64,000 nucleotides of DNA from Rhizaria sp. SCN 62-66 (taxonomy: Eukaryota): positions 62,001 to 126,000 of the forward strand of contig MEDY01000022.1 of assembly GCA_001724265.1 (NCBI GenBank), given 5' to 3'. The notes under the pieces are model-generated. The model ran no database searches, was not told the DNA's origin, and was given only the letters and a program-made list of their open reading frames with translations. Both the position numbers and the translations under genes were made by a program. Of the stretch, positions 23,101-35,100 are shown piece by piece. The first letter of the stretch is position 1, and each line of letters begins with the position of its first letter.

Positions 23101-26100
23101 CCTGGCACCATGCTCCTGATGGCGCCCCAGCCCGTCCACGTCGACGTTGTGACCGCTGCAACCACATTGCGCAGATTGGACCGTGTTGCCTTGGCTGCAG
23201 CAGGCTGCGCACTTGCGCCGACACCAGGTCCGCTGATATTCGCGGTGGATTGCGAGGCTTGCGCATTGCCGTGAGCCAGAGATTGGTATTGCGGCGATGC
23301 GACCTGACTATGGTTGACACCGATGGGTGACTGTGGAGACGCGCTAGCACTAAGCCCAGTCACTGCGACTGTCGCAACGCCGTTGAGGGCAACGGGCGAC
23401 GACGCGTTCTTAATCGGAGACGTCTCGTGGTCAACCATGGATTGTGCGAACTCAGAGCGACTGTTGTCAAGAGAAGCAACGCCCGCGCTCTGCGGGGACA
23501 GCGTTGTCCCAGCTGCAACACGCGAGTACTCACCGTAGCCGCCGTGAGCAGGACTGTTGTGGGCGTGACTAAGCGCGTAGCCGAGCACACTCAGCGGACT
23601 CTGCGGACCCTGCGCCTGGCCGTGATGCGCAGTCGCAGCTGCGAGGCGAGGGTCTGTGACGTCGCTCTTGCGCGGCCTGCCGGCCAGCGCACGCGTAGGG
23701 ACAACACCAGTGCTCGATCCGACGTCGTTGTTCGTCCCGGCGTGCGTGCCTGTCTGCGGCGGCGAAACAGCGGTGTCTGATGACAGTGCGTCAAACGTCG
23801 AGCTGGACGTGTTCGCAGTCAAGCCTTGCTGCCTGAGACTCAAAGCGCGCGGTGTCATCGTCGCATCAGGTGCGACAAACGACGTATCATCACCAGCGGC
23901 ACCGATCATGACACTATCCGAGGCAAACGACATCCCGCCGTCGCCGTCAATGTCAGTGAAGATTGGCTGTGCGACGGCATTCTTGGCGTGCATAAACTGG
24001 CGCTTGAATTCGGCTGATCGTTTCTCGGCAGTTGCATCAGCTTGGCGCCGTGACTCCTTGCGGGCGCGACTAGCATGCTCCTTGATCGCACTCGAAACAA
24101 GGTCTATCGGGACAAAGACACTTGACACGGGCGAGAAAGTCTCGTTTTCTTTGTTGCTCATGGAGTTATCTTCGTTAATGTGCAGCTTCATTGGAAGCGT
24201 AAACGAGACTGGAAGCAGAACGTTTGGATCGTGCGGCAACGCAGTCATATAGACGTCGCAGCCTGAAGGTGGGAAGCCAATGCCAGTCTGGGGGTCCACC
24301 TCACCGTGAGTCGACGAGCAGCCGCAGCGACTAAGCACAAGAGGTTCCGTGCTCACAGCGACGCGGAAAGCCGATGACTCCGCAGTTCCAAGCAAAAGCA
24401 CAGCTGACTCAACAGTAACGCTATTGCTGGTGAGCGCATACCACCTCTTGTCAGTCGAGTCAAACATCGCCCACACAGTCCTTGCAAACGGATCAGCACG
24501 GCAGCGGCTTAACTTGTCAGCATCACACAGTGAGTCCGCACCGCAGCGCAAGATCTCCCTTGCGCGCGCCACCAGCAGATTCCCGCAGTGCACGGAGGTA
24601 ATTGCAGAAGTAGTGATTGAGCTGCGAGCGACAATCGGTGACAAGTCACTGATTGAGCTCACTGCACAGCTCGCGTTTGCAACAGCAACCGCAGCATGAA
24701 CTGCGGCACTGGACTGAGGAATTGCGTAAGTGTGTTCCTCGGCTGCAGAGATCAAAGCAGCAGTGTAACCCCGGGCGTCGAAGCTCAGATGTTCAGCCTT
24801 GTTGATAGTCACGGGGACGAGCGCGTGTGCAACCAGCGCGCTCCTGCTGAGCAGCTGCGCAAACACGGCCGCGTTCATGCCTGCGCCACCGCCGCCGGTC
24901 ACGGTGCCGGTCGCGCGCTGCGCCTGCGGCAGCGTCCCGCCCGCGGAGCCGGAGAGCGAGGCAGACGCGAGCAGGTCGCGCAGGTGCGCCAACTCCTGCA
25001 GCGCGCCTGACTCTTGTTGGGGAATCTGGACTGCCACAGTCGCAGGGCGCTGGGGCTTGGTCTGCTTGTTGCTGTTGTTCGCATGCTGTCGCTAACTAGA
25101 CTGCTGTTGCAGTTGTTGACGGGCAGGGGTGCGACGAGTCGCGTTGCCTCGTTGGTCGTGTGCGATACTATTGGAGTTGTTGTTAGCAGTAACGGCGGGT
25201 TGGTGTTGCGGGTGTTGCTGGTGTTGCGCAATCACAACGTTATCTGTGAACAGAGCGCGGCGTGAGGACGACGAAGACGACGATGACGACGACGACGAAG
25301 ACCGTGGACGACGTGACGCCGTATTGACCACAGTTCCAGTAGCGGCAGCGGCAGCGGCTGGGGTACGACCAGCAGCAACACGCACTCCGGGGCTGAGCTT
25401 CGAGCTGTCCCCTGTGTTTGCAGGCACGCTCGCGGCAAGCGACCCTGCAAGTCCGGACGCAGTTGCAGGGGCGTCACGCTCCTCAGGTGGCAGGAAAGAT
25501 GACAGAGCGAGCACGCCGCCACCTGTGTGGGGAAACGAGCCCAGAGCAACAGCAGCTGCGTCGGGAGCGAGACGCGCGGAGGAGTCTACGCCGGAGTCCT
25601 TAACGATGTTGCTGTTGCTACTGGTGTTGTAGAGAGACGTGTAGAACTTGAAAGTTGCCAGTCGCGACTGAATGTGATGTAGTTGCTGCTGCTGATTAAT
25701 CGGAGCTGATGGATGCTGATAGTTTTGATCAAGCACATGCTGAAGCCGCGCCGGTGTGTGCGAGATACACGCGGTCGCAAGCATTCCTCTGCTGCTCGGT
25801 GTGGCCACCACGGTGGGCATTGGCAGCGAGTCGATCGTTGTCTCAAGCGTACTGTTGCTAGCTGACTGGGACAGCGAGGCTGATGCCAACGTCGCCGTTG
25901 TAGTTTCGTTACGTAGGCGTACATTCGCAATAGACAGAGGAGCTGTAAGAGCCCATTGTAGCATGGAGCGGCGAAACCAGTCTTCGGCGCCGGTCACGTA
26001 GTTGTACCCATTGACCCACCGCCCATCGTCCGCGGTGAGATTGATGGCACTTCCGGACGCTGTCGCATAGGACAGCGCTGAACTTGAGCTCGAGACCGAT

Positions 26101-29100
26101 GCGGCGGATGAGCTCGATGTAGCAGAGTCAGTTGATACAGCAGCTGCGTTGTTAAGAGTCACAGTGAGACGAGGACCGCCAACCCGCGCGATGCGGTCAA
26201 ACACTGGGCCAACGTGATCATCGCGGCCGGTCAATGACAGTGACTGTGCGGAGTATGCAGGCAGAGAGACTGCAGAGCCGCCGCGGACAGGATACAGAAA
26301 CGCAAAGGGGTGCAGTGTTAACGGCGCATTTCCATTCCTGTTCATGTTAGATCCCTTGCTAATTTGCTGAATCTGTGGCAGATTAGTCATGATCTTGGCA
26401 ATAGCACGCGTTTGGTCACGTGCGCAGAGCAAATCATGTGACGGTGCGGCAGTCACAAACACATGTGCTGTCATCGTCGCAGCAAAGGAAGCGCATAATG
26501 TGCTGACTGAGGGAGCAAAGGCACCGAGTTTGTTGGCGAACGCTGCAGGAATCGGGGCAAAAGCACTGGCGACAAGAGGTACCGTGAGCGCAAGCTCCCA
26601 GTCGACACGGGCACTGCCAGAGGCAGATGTCTTGTCCGATGAAGCTGGCGACGCGACTCGAGCTGCGTTCGGTGGGTGGCGTAACGAGGCAAACAAGTCC
26701 TCCTCAGCAGCAGCCGTAGACGCAGTCAGTGCATGCGCGCCCGCAGCCGCGTAGACAGCAGCGCCGTCGACAGGCAGCGTACTGTGCACGACAGCAGCGC
26801 GAGCAGCGGAAGACAAAGCATTCGCAAGCACACACTGCACAGACAGGCCACCGGTACCGTTGTCACTTGATTGGTCGTGTTTATGGCCAGTAACTGGCAC
26901 AGTTAGGTACGACCAAGGGAACAGGCGGCGGCCACTGTGAGATGTTTCGAGGACAGAAGTCCAGGTAGGAGCGAGCGCAGAAGTTAAGCCGCCAGAGGTT
27001 GGAGCGTGTGAAGCCGTCAACTTGTCGTGGGCGTTTCCTTCACTGTTCTTTGAGCTTGCAACAAGCTCATCATATGCGCGCTGAGCGGCATGCAGCTTTG
27101 TTGTCAGAACCTCGATCTGGGTGACCGCAATCGCAAGCGCACCGACACCGCCGCCGCCACCGGATCCCGGCAACGCCCATGGCGCCACGTCACTACCCGC
27201 GGTCTCACTGGCCGCGGCGAAAGCAGACGGCGGGGGCACTGACGCGGACACCACGGCCGCACCGCCAAGAGTGCCAGCGCCACCGGTGACGAGCGCAGCA
27301 TACAGAAAGGCGGCGTCCGTGGCCCCGGTGCGGGCAACGGGGAGGTACGCCTGAGAGTCATGCGCCAGTGCGAGCGGGATCGGCAGCGATGACACAAGCG
27401 CCACAGCAGCCGCGGTCGACGCGGTAGTTGCAGCCACGGCGGCAGCAGCACTCGCAGCATTAACGCCATTGAAGCCGCTGATGCTGTTGTTTGCAATATG
27501 ACTGGCATTGGACGTTGGTGAAATGTTGTGCAGGGCAGCGGCATGTGCAAGGCCGTGTTGTGACTGTTGCGGGAGCGCGGCTGCTGCTGTGATCGCAGTT
27601 GACAAAGCAGTTGCGAACGTAACGGCTCCGGTATCGGGCTCATCGCTACAGTCACTCGCGAGGGCAGCGACGGCGGCGCCAGCAGCAGCACACTCGCCTG
27701 ACATCACGGTCATGTCAGCAGCAGGGACAGCGCCGGCAGCAGGGGGGGGCGTGTCCAGCGGAATGGCATCGTTACTCACTGTAACATCATTAGAATTCAG
27801 AGATGCGGCGTCAGCTGCAGACACCGCAGCAGTGTTCGTCGCTGCAACGTGCGCCGCCCGCGGCGTGCCGACGGTCCCCGCGCTCTGCACTGGCACTGAC
27901 GGCGCCGAGGTGGGCGCGGCGTAGTGCTGCAGCGTGGCGGGACCCTGCGCGGCGGAGGTGCGGAACACTGTCGCGTTCGCGGGCGTCGACTGCCGCACCT
28001 TCATGTCGCCGCTGAGGCGCACTGAGCCGGTGACGTCCGGGTAACCGTGAGCTGACGCAGCGACTGCGGCAGCCGCGTGAGCACCAGAAATGTGCTCGCC
28101 CCCAGCCATAGTAGATATCGCGCCGCTGTTGTTGTGGCCGTTATTGCCGCCGCTGCTCCCATGCGTGGTACGACGCGTCGCCTCCTCGTGAGACATCAAC
28201 GGAGCGGGCACAAGCGCAATAGGCGCGCGGGCGGTTCGCAAAAAGTCGAGCGACCGGGCGCCGTCCTCGCCTGGATTGGGCAGCACTGCGGACAGACGGC
28301 CCCATGCCCCGGACAACGCAGCTGCAACAAACCGCACCCGGCGGCGCGCGGCCGCGAGTGCGCGCCTTGAAGGGGCAGCAGCCGACGGGTGTGACTTTGC
28401 GACGGGACCGTTGTCGCATGAAGTAGCGGATGTGGGATACAACGTCGACGCTGCTGGAGTTCCTGGTGGTAGCGTTGGTGTAAGCAGCTCGTATTGCAGC
28501 GCGGTGCCATCAGCGCTCGCAAATGCAGTGCTATGCAACAGCGCGGAGATGGCGCCAGCGGTCGGGATCAAGCCGCCGTTAGCGGCACGCGACCACGAAG
28601 CCAGTTGTCCAACCGTGATATCGTTGCCATCACTTCCCTGAGTCGCAGCCTTGGTGTGGCACGAAGGCACTGCGGCCGCCCGGGTGACTGTGAGCGCTGC
28701 AATGAGATCATTCGCGTGCGCCGCAGCGAGTGCACGGCGCAAACGCGTCTTAGGCGCCGGGATCGGGACGGTCACCACTGTCCTCTCGCAGTCACTACTG
28801 TTGGCAGTGACGAGAGTGTCCTGTGATCGGAGCACTAATGTGGCTGCGCGGGCGGAATAAGCACGCAGTGCAAGTGAGCGTGAGTGAACTTCAACATCTT
28901 TCTCAAGTGATGTACAGGCATCAACATCACGGCAACGCTCACCGACAGCCTGAGAGTGGTGCGTGCTGTGGCCGGGACTACGACTGTGATGACGGTGTTT
29001 GTTTACACACTTCTCGCAAGTTGTCCTACCAAACACATTGACTGTTGTTTGGGAATTTCCAGTCATTGGACGCAGTTGAGCGGCAAGTGTTAACGCCTCG

Positions 29101-32100
29101 CTCACAGTGACCTGCGGAAGTTGGTACGTCGTATGGGGCACCACGACAGCGCCCTTAATCGACGCGTCAGTGCCGAGAGGAAACGCAGCCGCGGCGGCCA
29201 GAGTCTCCTGCCTGTTCGCGACCACCACGGCGGAGTACGCGGGAGGCGTCAGCAGGGCGGCGCAGCGCAGGTGGTGCCAGTGGCCGCCAGCGCCGGTGGC
29301 GAGACTGTGCGAGGGCCCGGTGCCAGAGTAGTTTACACCGTATGAGGGGGGCAGCCAGTATGCGAACGTGGGCATTGAATGCACTCCACCGGAGACAATG
29401 CTATAAGCCTCAGCCTCGGTCAAAGTCACTGCAGCGTCACTCACGAGTCGCGAATGCTGGAGTTGCTGTTGCTGTATATGCTGCGCTGCGACCTGGTCGG
29501 CCCGCGCAATTGCTGCCGCGACGGCCGCCGTGACCGCGATCGCGGGCGACGGCTGGAGCGCCGCGGCAGCGGACCACGCGGCCAACGGTGTGACAGCGCC
29601 CGCGAGAGACGACGAGGGCAGCGCAAGTGAGAGCGCCTTGTTGTCGGTCGAAGTCGGCACGCGCGCTATGCCAGTCGCGGACAGTGCGGGGGGCACGTGG
29701 GCGTTGACGGTGACTGTGAGCACAGTTGGCTTCGTGTCGACATTGTCCACGCAGTGACTCCAGACTGCGTTGTTATTACTGCGCGTATTGTTGCTAAGCG
29801 TGATGCGGGTCGGATGGCGAGCCCAGGGATCGGCGACAGTCCGATGTGCAAGATGTGATGCCACGACGGCCGCAGTCAGCAGAGGCACATACTCAGGCAC
29901 GGCAGACACAACGGGCTTCGTAGTGCCGAAACAAGAGCTGTGAGAGCTGTACAGAGGAAGCTTGGCGTCTGGCACAGACACAGTGGGAATAACGAGATCA
30001 AGCATGGGAGGCAGCGGAAGAGCGAAGTCATTTACACGGTCACCACGGAGACCAGCTGTCGTAGTGTCGCCCAGGAATAAACGACGTGCCAAAGAGTCGT
30101 TGAGCAAGGGATCACCGGCAGTGTTACGCTGGCAGCCACACTCAACATCATCGCAATCACTCTCAGTGTCAGAGCATGAGGCACGGGCATCGGCGTTCGA
30201 TGCATCATGGCTATCGTCATCATCAGCAACGTCGGCAGCAGAAGCCGTCGCTGTCGCAGCAGAATCAGCATCTGAGCTGTTGCTGCGCTTCGAGTGACTC
30301 GTAGACGTCCGGCCCTTGGCTGCAGACTGCACACGCTTCTTAGACTTCGGCTGAGCCCCAGCGTCGGTGTCCGACTCTGACTGCGAGTCCACAAGGACAG
30401 AGCTCGTCTCCACCGCACGCCGCAGTCCCCACCGCGGCCGGCCTCGCAGCACGCAGTCGTCGCCGCCGTGCGCGCCGTATAGCCCCGACCGGGGGTCCGT
30501 GCCGGGGCCGAAGGCGCTGTCCGTCGCGCCGGCCGCGGAGACTGCGCCCACGGTAGCGTCCAGCATACTCGCGGCCACGGTGCGCGACTGGCCACGCGCT
30601 ACCCGCAACACGGCATCAGCAACTGCGTTCTTGGCGCTGACGCTGGCGCTGAGCTGCGGCTGAGAACGGGGTTGCGAGACTCCGGGAGTGTTGTTGCGCG
30701 CGGCGTCGGTCGCGGTGTGTGGTGACCGGTGGGGGTCGGTGTCAACGCCGGCGCGCGCAAGAGCTGCAACGGTCGCGCGGTAAAGACCGTCAATGCCTGC
30801 AATCCCGCCCTTTGCAGCACCGGTGACCCCGTCAGGAATGCGATGTGACACAATGGAGCCAGTCGATGAATCGGTAGATAGACCGGCAGCATAAGCGCTC
30901 AACAGCGCAGTGTTGCCAAATGCGCACTGGTGAGCCAGTGTCGCACGCGCAGGACCAGCAGCAGCAACGTTATTGTTTGCAGAAACCAGAGCAGAAGCAG
31001 TGCCGGCAAACCCACCACGCAGCGCAGCCCACGCAACTTGACCACGACGCGCACGGGCAGCGGCGCGCTTGCCAACAGCATTCACATCGCTTGCATCATT
31101 AACTCCGAAGCTAACAGTGCTGGTGCGAGGCAGAGTGCGCAGATACGCATCCTCGCCGCACCACGGCGCTGCGACTGTGCGCTCAGTGAAAATGCCGTCT
31201 TCAGCGCGCAAGGCACAGCGCAGCGCTGCGAGGAACGCGAGGAACGTGTCCACAACAACGCCAGTACGCGTCGTGATAGGCGCAAAAGCGGACGTGGTGT
31301 AAGGCGGGCTCGCATCAGTCAAACCTGCAGCGGACTGACTTTGAGCCGTATTATTGAGCGCAGCAGCAACGGTCGCAAAGTCTTGCTTGAGGTCAATGTT
31401 GTTTGCGTCGTTTGTCAGTGCAGACGGGTTCTCCAAGAAGTACGCCGCAAGCACCTTGGCCAGCACCCGCTGCGCCTTCTTCTCGCGCTTCGAATCATTC
31501 TTCGCCGAGACCTTGCCGGACTGCGCAGTCGTGTTGGCAGACATCGCGCTGGCGACCGCCAGCGTAGCCGAGAGCAAGGCGTCAGAGACGGTATTTGCAC
31601 TGGCAGGCAGGCCAACCAGCCGACCGGCCGCGGCGCCCGCAGCAGCAGCCGCAGCGTTGCCAGTGCCGCCACCGGCGCCGGCGCCATTGCCGCCACCAGT
31701 GGCTGCATCGGCAGTGGCGGCCGCGGCCGTGAGCCCAGTGAGTGTCGCCGAGAGCGTGACGGCGTCGCCGGCCTTGCCAGCCCCCGCGGCCGCAGCGCCA
31801 GCGCCGGCGGCACTGTGCGCGTTGGCCGCGCTCGCCGTGCCAGTCGCGACAGCGCCCGCAGCGACGAGCGACGTCACCGCGTGCGCGGCCGCGGTCGCGG
31901 CGGTCGTCGCGGTCGCGGCCACGGTGGCTGCGAACGCCGAGCCCGCGGTGAAGCGGGCGCCGCGCGCAAGCGCCATTTCGAACTCTACGGGCCCGGTAAC
32001 GTTGGCCTGCGCGGTGGGCTCGGAGAAGAGCGGGCACTGCGCCAGCGCGGCCGTGAGTGCGGCGGCCACGGCGTCGGGCGACGGCGGCGACAGCACCGGT

Positions 32101-35100
32101 GCGAGCGAGCGGCGCGGGGTCGCCCGGTGAAGCTCGCGCGCGAGGACGGCAAAGAAGCGCGGCGTGAGCCCAAGGCGAGTCATCGGGGCCAGCTGCTGAT
32201 GTTGCTGCTGCTAGTGCTGCTGCCGCTGGCGATATTGCAATGCAGCAGACGCAGACGCACGGGACGCAGCGAGGCGCGCAACCGTGCCCGCCGGAGAGGA
32301 CGTGAAGGCGAGGTACAACGACTGCGGAAGGGTCGGGTAGCGGTACAGACCGGAAGGCCAGGGGGTGACCGCGGGCAGAGCACGGCCACTGGTGGAGATT
32401 GCGCTGGCCACAGCGCCGGCAGCGGTTGCGGCACGTGCCGCAGCCGCTGCAGAGTTATGATTCGCAACGCTGTTGCAGGCATTGACACTCTCAGCACGTG
32501 GGCTGGTGTTACTGTTCGCAGCAGAGCAAGAGCGAGCGGTGCTGTTCACACTTGCGTCAGAGTTGGCGAGCAGTGTGAACAGGTCGCTGTCGTACGCAGC
32601 AGGCACCGGCACGGAGAGCACCGCGGCGCCCGCTCCGCCCGCAGGCGCGTGCTGACCGGGGTACTGGCCCGCCCCGGCAAACATCAGGTCGGCGGCGTTG
32701 TGTGAGCCCGCGGCGACGGCGTAGGCGCCGCGCATCGCCGTCGCGGCCGACACGCCACGCAAGAGGGACGCTGTGAGCACCGCGGCGCGGCCGGCGGTCG
32801 CAACGACGTCGGAGTCAGCGCTGAGAGTCAATGAGTTCGTGTACGCTTTTGAGGGGGTGCTCACGTTAGGCGCAAACGACTCGCGATAAGACTCAGTGTC
32901 AGTGCAAGAGAACAGCGCACAGAGAGTAAATGCACAGCGCAAAAGCGACTCGGCATTGGGAGGTAATCCAAGAAAACGCACGAGCAAGTCAATGTACACC
33001 GATGTAAACGTGTTAGCAGCCTTGTTGCTTGCAGCAACAACAGCACTTGTGTTGTTCATACGATCGTTTCCAGAGCTACCTGTTTCAGGGACAACCGCAC
33101 CGGCGTTATCAGGGGTCAAATCACCAGCAACGCGCGCGTCGCCGCTGTCCGCACCTGCATTGGCGTGCTCGTTGCGCACAGTCACTGCGCCGCCATTGCT
33201 GACGTTGATATCGCTGTAGTTCGTGGTCGCCAGCGCCGCGCCCCAAGCAGACCCGCGCAGGTAGGCGCCGATGCGGGCCGCCAGCAGCAGCGGCGGAACG
33301 CCCGCACCCGGCAGCGGCGGCGGCGCAGACCCGGTGGGGAAGCCCGCGGCGGGCGCGAGGGGCCGCCTGTAGAGGCGTTGCGCGTGGCGGTGCAGCGGCG
33401 AGTGCGGGCTGATGAGGAACGCAACGAAGGGCGAGATCTCAGTGTCACTGTCGTTGTTGCCGGGAAAAGCAGGGAGTGTACTCTCCGGTGACTGCGAGTT
33501 CAAGTGTGCAATCGTCGCCGCTGTTGTTGCACCTAATGCTGCCGTTGTTGCTGATGCAGGTGAGCCCGCACCGAACGTGCGGCGCACAGTGTCGGTCACT
33601 GTGGTGAGACCGTGGGTCACAAGGGACACTGCAGAGTTGGTCACTTTTGAGAGCAACGGCTCGACAGGAACAGGCGGGGCAGTGGCCGGCAGAGTGTGAG
33701 TCAGCAAAGCAAGATAGAAAAACAACTCAGAGAGTCCTGGAACAACGTCAGCGTTAGATTCAGCGCTAACATTGCTCTTATTGCTCGATTTGTAGCGTTG
33801 TACCCACTGAAACCACTGCTTGATCACCCTCGCGATCGCAGCCTCACGACCACTGCCGCCTGTCTGTGCTTGTGAGTTAGACTGCGGCTGCAACTGTGAC
33901 CGTGAGTGGGACCGGTACACACCGAGTCCCAGCGTCGCATCGAGATACTCTGCGGAATACGCGGTTGCAGTGCGCAACGCCACAGCGAGCTCGGATTGGC
34001 CCGACAGCCCCTGATGCACCGCGTTGCTGACCGTCACTGGGACTAGCCCACCGCTGCTGCCGCCGCTGCCGCCGCTGTTGCCACCGCTGCCGCCGCCGGC
34101 CGCCAGCGCCCAGATGGACGCGTGGGGTGCTGGAAAAGGCAGCGTGAGCGCGGCAGGGCGACTGTGGGCCGAATGACCGTGACCGCCCCCGGTTCCAGCC
34201 GCGCCGGCGCCGCTGTGCAGGTGCGAAGTCGTGTCCAGTGAGTGCGCGAGCAGGTAGCCGTGGTTGAGACCGTGAGCGGTGAACGCGCCGCCGCCGGCAG
34301 TGAAGCCGGACGATGGGTCGGCGGCCGCAGAGTGTTGGCAGTGCAAGTATCTGTCCACAGTCGAGGTCGCAAAGCCGTGGTTGATCCGCGCACTCTGCAG
34401 TGCGTGCGAAATCGCACTTACGCAGTCACGCTCGGTCAATGTTACGTCTGCGGTGATGTTGTTTGACTTTGCCACGTTCATCAGCGGCGTGGTGCTCATC
34501 GCCGGTGAATTGGACGATTTCTTACCAGAGTTCGCATGCAAGAGCGCGCGGCCGCTAGCACCCGTGACCGTGGGCAGCATGCGTGCCATGATCATAGCGG
34601 CCAAACTAGCCGTGTACTCGCCGCAGACCACGCCCGCGTCGCCCGGGGCGAGCAGGTGACCGTGGACAGCGCGATGCAGGGGGGTTGCGCCATCGGCGGC
34701 TAGCCCGACAGGAGGGCACTTGACGCTGAACACGGGAAGCAGACAACCACCGGTCACAGAGCCGTCATTGTCGAGTCGGCCCATTACGTTGATGTTACCG
34801 TAGGGGTCAGCAGTGGTAAGAGAGTGCAATTGGGCGCGCGCGTTGGCTTGGTCGAGCTCGATCTTATCATAGTCTTCATTGCGCGAATTCACGTCAACGC
34901 TCAACAAACTGGCACCAATGCCTGCATTTGCACTAAAGTTGACACCGGCGTTGTTGTACGCGTTATTGACGCCGTTGATGCCATATGCAGCAGCACCAGC
35001 GCCCAGATTAGCAATGCGCGCAAGTCCAGCCGAAATACCGCTTCCGATGCCACCGGCAATACTCGATGGTGTGACACCGTTGCTCGTGCTGGCATTCGCG